This document shows, one piece after another, positions 62,221-64,000 of a stretch of 64,000 nt of DNA. Origin of the DNA: Octopus sinensis (lineage: Eukaryota); assembly GCF_006345805.1 (NCBI RefSeq), contig NC_043019.1, positions 32,673,360 to 32,737,359 of the forward strand, read 5' to 3'. How positions within the stretch are numbered: the first letter of the stretch is position 1; every line of letters begins with the position of its first letter. The position numbers were made by a program, and so were the translations under genes. The notes beneath the pieces are model-generated. The model made no database searches, was not told the DNA's origin, and worked only from the letters and a program-made list of their open reading frames with translations.

Positions 62221-62312
62221 TGCTGACATTGGCCACATACAGATGGTGCTTTTTACGTGCCACCGGCACAGGTGCTAGGGGAGGCTGGTAATGGCCACGA
62301 TCGGTTGGTACT

Positions 62313-62362
<50 letters not shown>

Positions 62363-62466
62363 TCTTAGACGATTGTTCTGTGTTTGTATTGATGGTGCAT
62401 CACTGATGAAGCTGAGTTGACTGAAATATATCTGCCAATTTCCTTTGACAATGATCAGATCTTTCT

Positions 62467-62929
62467 TTAACCCTTTCATTACCAACCCTGCTGAAACCGG
62501 CTCTGGCTATGAGTACAAATGTTGTGTTTTCATAAGTTTTGAATTAAAATCTTCCACCAAAACCTTAGTCACAATTTATGTTCCTAACACTAGCTGAATG
62601 ATAACTAAGTTATTTTACTAAATTCTTTGTCATATTTAACCCTTTTGATACCAACCCGGCTGAAACCTGCTCTGGCTCTGAGTACAAATGTTGTGTTTTC
62701 ATAAGTTTTGAATTCCAGCCCGGCTGAATCCGGCTCTGGCTCTGAGTACAAATGTCTTGTTTTCATAAGTTTTGAATTAAAATCTTCCACCAAAACCTTA
62801 GTCACAATTTATGTTCCTAACACTAGCTTAATGATAACTAAGTTATTTTACTAAATTCTTTGTCATATTCAAAATTAATTGAAAGAAACACAGAGCATCT
62901 CAACAGAAATACAGTAATGAAAAGGTTAA
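62467..62929. mobile_element. piggyBac-type MITE with a duplicated left arm
   Basis: TTAA|CCCTTTCATTAC...GTAATGAAAAGG|TTAA; a second left end starts at the internal TTAA near 62636. Confidence 0.85.
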
Positions 62930-64000
62930 CACAAAAGAAATATTGTTTTAAAATTCTAAATCACTTATAGCCAACCTGTAGCCTACAGGTCTTTTTTTTG
63001 AATGGCATGTCCAAAGAAAATTATGTAGAATCTTTTTAGTATGCTTTCTACATGAGTGTCTAACAAGATGGCGTGTGTGTATGTGTGTGTATGTGTGTGG
63101 GGAGGGGTGAGATGTAGTAAATAATTAACATCTAATATTCAGTCATTCCTGGTTACCATTAATTTGTTGGAATTTCAGAATTTGATGCTGCATTCAGCCA
63201 AATTCCTGCTTATTTCTCTCTGCCTTGTAATTAGTCATGAGAGAGAAGGAATTGCCAGAGTGAATAATTTGCAGTTGTAGTTGCTGTTTGACCCCAGGTC
63301 ATCTCTGAGAAGACCTTTAACCAATGGCATTCCTGCTATGAACATTCCACCTTTATTTTAGGTGCTGTACAGCTGATTGGTTAAGAAGCTTGGGGTCTAA
63401 AGTAAAAGGCATTTGGTACCTTGCAGTGTCAAGTGGTAGTAGTGGGGACAAATACAAACACACACACACACACACACACATATGATGGACTTGCAGTGGG
63501 ACTGACCCCACTACCATGTGGTTGGAAAGTAAACTTCTTACCACACATCCACCCATACCTGCGCCAGTCAGATCTTTTAAGAATAAATTCTCCCTCTCTT
63601 CCTCTCTCTTTATGATTAAGGATCTAAATCTTTCTCCAGCTGTCTGTTTTTTTCCCCCTCTCTGTAATTCTCTTTCTTTCTCTTTCCCCTTTAACTCTCC
63701 CTCTCACTAAGAAGCTCTCCGTACCTGTCTCTACTCCTATTTCCTCTCCCCCACCTTCTCTACTTCATTTCTTTTTTTAAATACAAATTACACGAACGTA
63801 TATAAACAGGAGATACAAATATTACAGACACTCCCCCCCCCACACACACTAACTAAACATAAACGCACATAAAGGTATATGCATGCGCAACTGAAGGCTC
63901 ATACAATAGGAATACAAAATACAAAATGGCTGACCATTAGTAAGGAGAGACACACAAATAAGAAAGAAGAAAGCAAAGGACCACTGATGAGGTCACAGGA

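Larger units (their letters stand above)
58830..62230 (-). mobile_element. 5'-truncated Penelope-like retroelement (GIY-YIG end, long microsatellite-rich 3' region, hammerhead)
   Basis: Endonuclease ORF and hammerhead are on the same strand and the element ends in (TA)n; continuity of the intervening region is inferred. Confidence 0.65.

Noticed and set aside
62398-62440. CTGATGA...GAAA hammerhead candidate
   Set aside because: Stems I and II are too weak to support a call.
61559-62485. 308-aa ORF as an intact gene
   Set aside because: The N-terminal part runs through MITE, (TA)n and RTE-UTR sequence; only the PLE fragment is meaningful.

Overview
AT-rich, repeat-dense metazoan genomic DNA. 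The SINE, RTE and Penelope repertoire and the microsatellite load look like an octopod cephalopod genome (inference). Nearly all ORFs in the supplied track are microsatellite or repeat artefacts. The real protein-coding content is a spliced + strand gene whose six internal exons (7059-7220, 9252-9447, 10326-10534, 15220-15457, 18256-18357, 20840-21034) join in compatible phases into an RGS-domain protein most like RGS22. It has a probable upstream exon end at 1-20 and an uncertain 3' end. The rest is transposon-derived: several tRNA-SINE families, RTE LINE fragments, a Gypsy LTR plus gag remnant, mariner remnants, Tc1/hAT/piggyBac-type MITEs, Helitron-like elements, and a Penelope-like GIY-YIG element with a hammerhead ribozyme. 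There are also many fold-back elements in (TA)n tracts and several TE-derived satellites. Most notable oddities: (1) a hammerhead-ribozyme family with a recurrent non-canonical core (CUGUYGA); (2) an LTR whose primer-site position is complementary to the 5' end of tRNA-Phe; (3) a 10-mer SINE array under a single target-site duplication; (4) a locally templated insertion joined by (TTAGGG)5. Family and homology assignments are from recalled motifs, not database searches, and many repeat boundaries are approximate.
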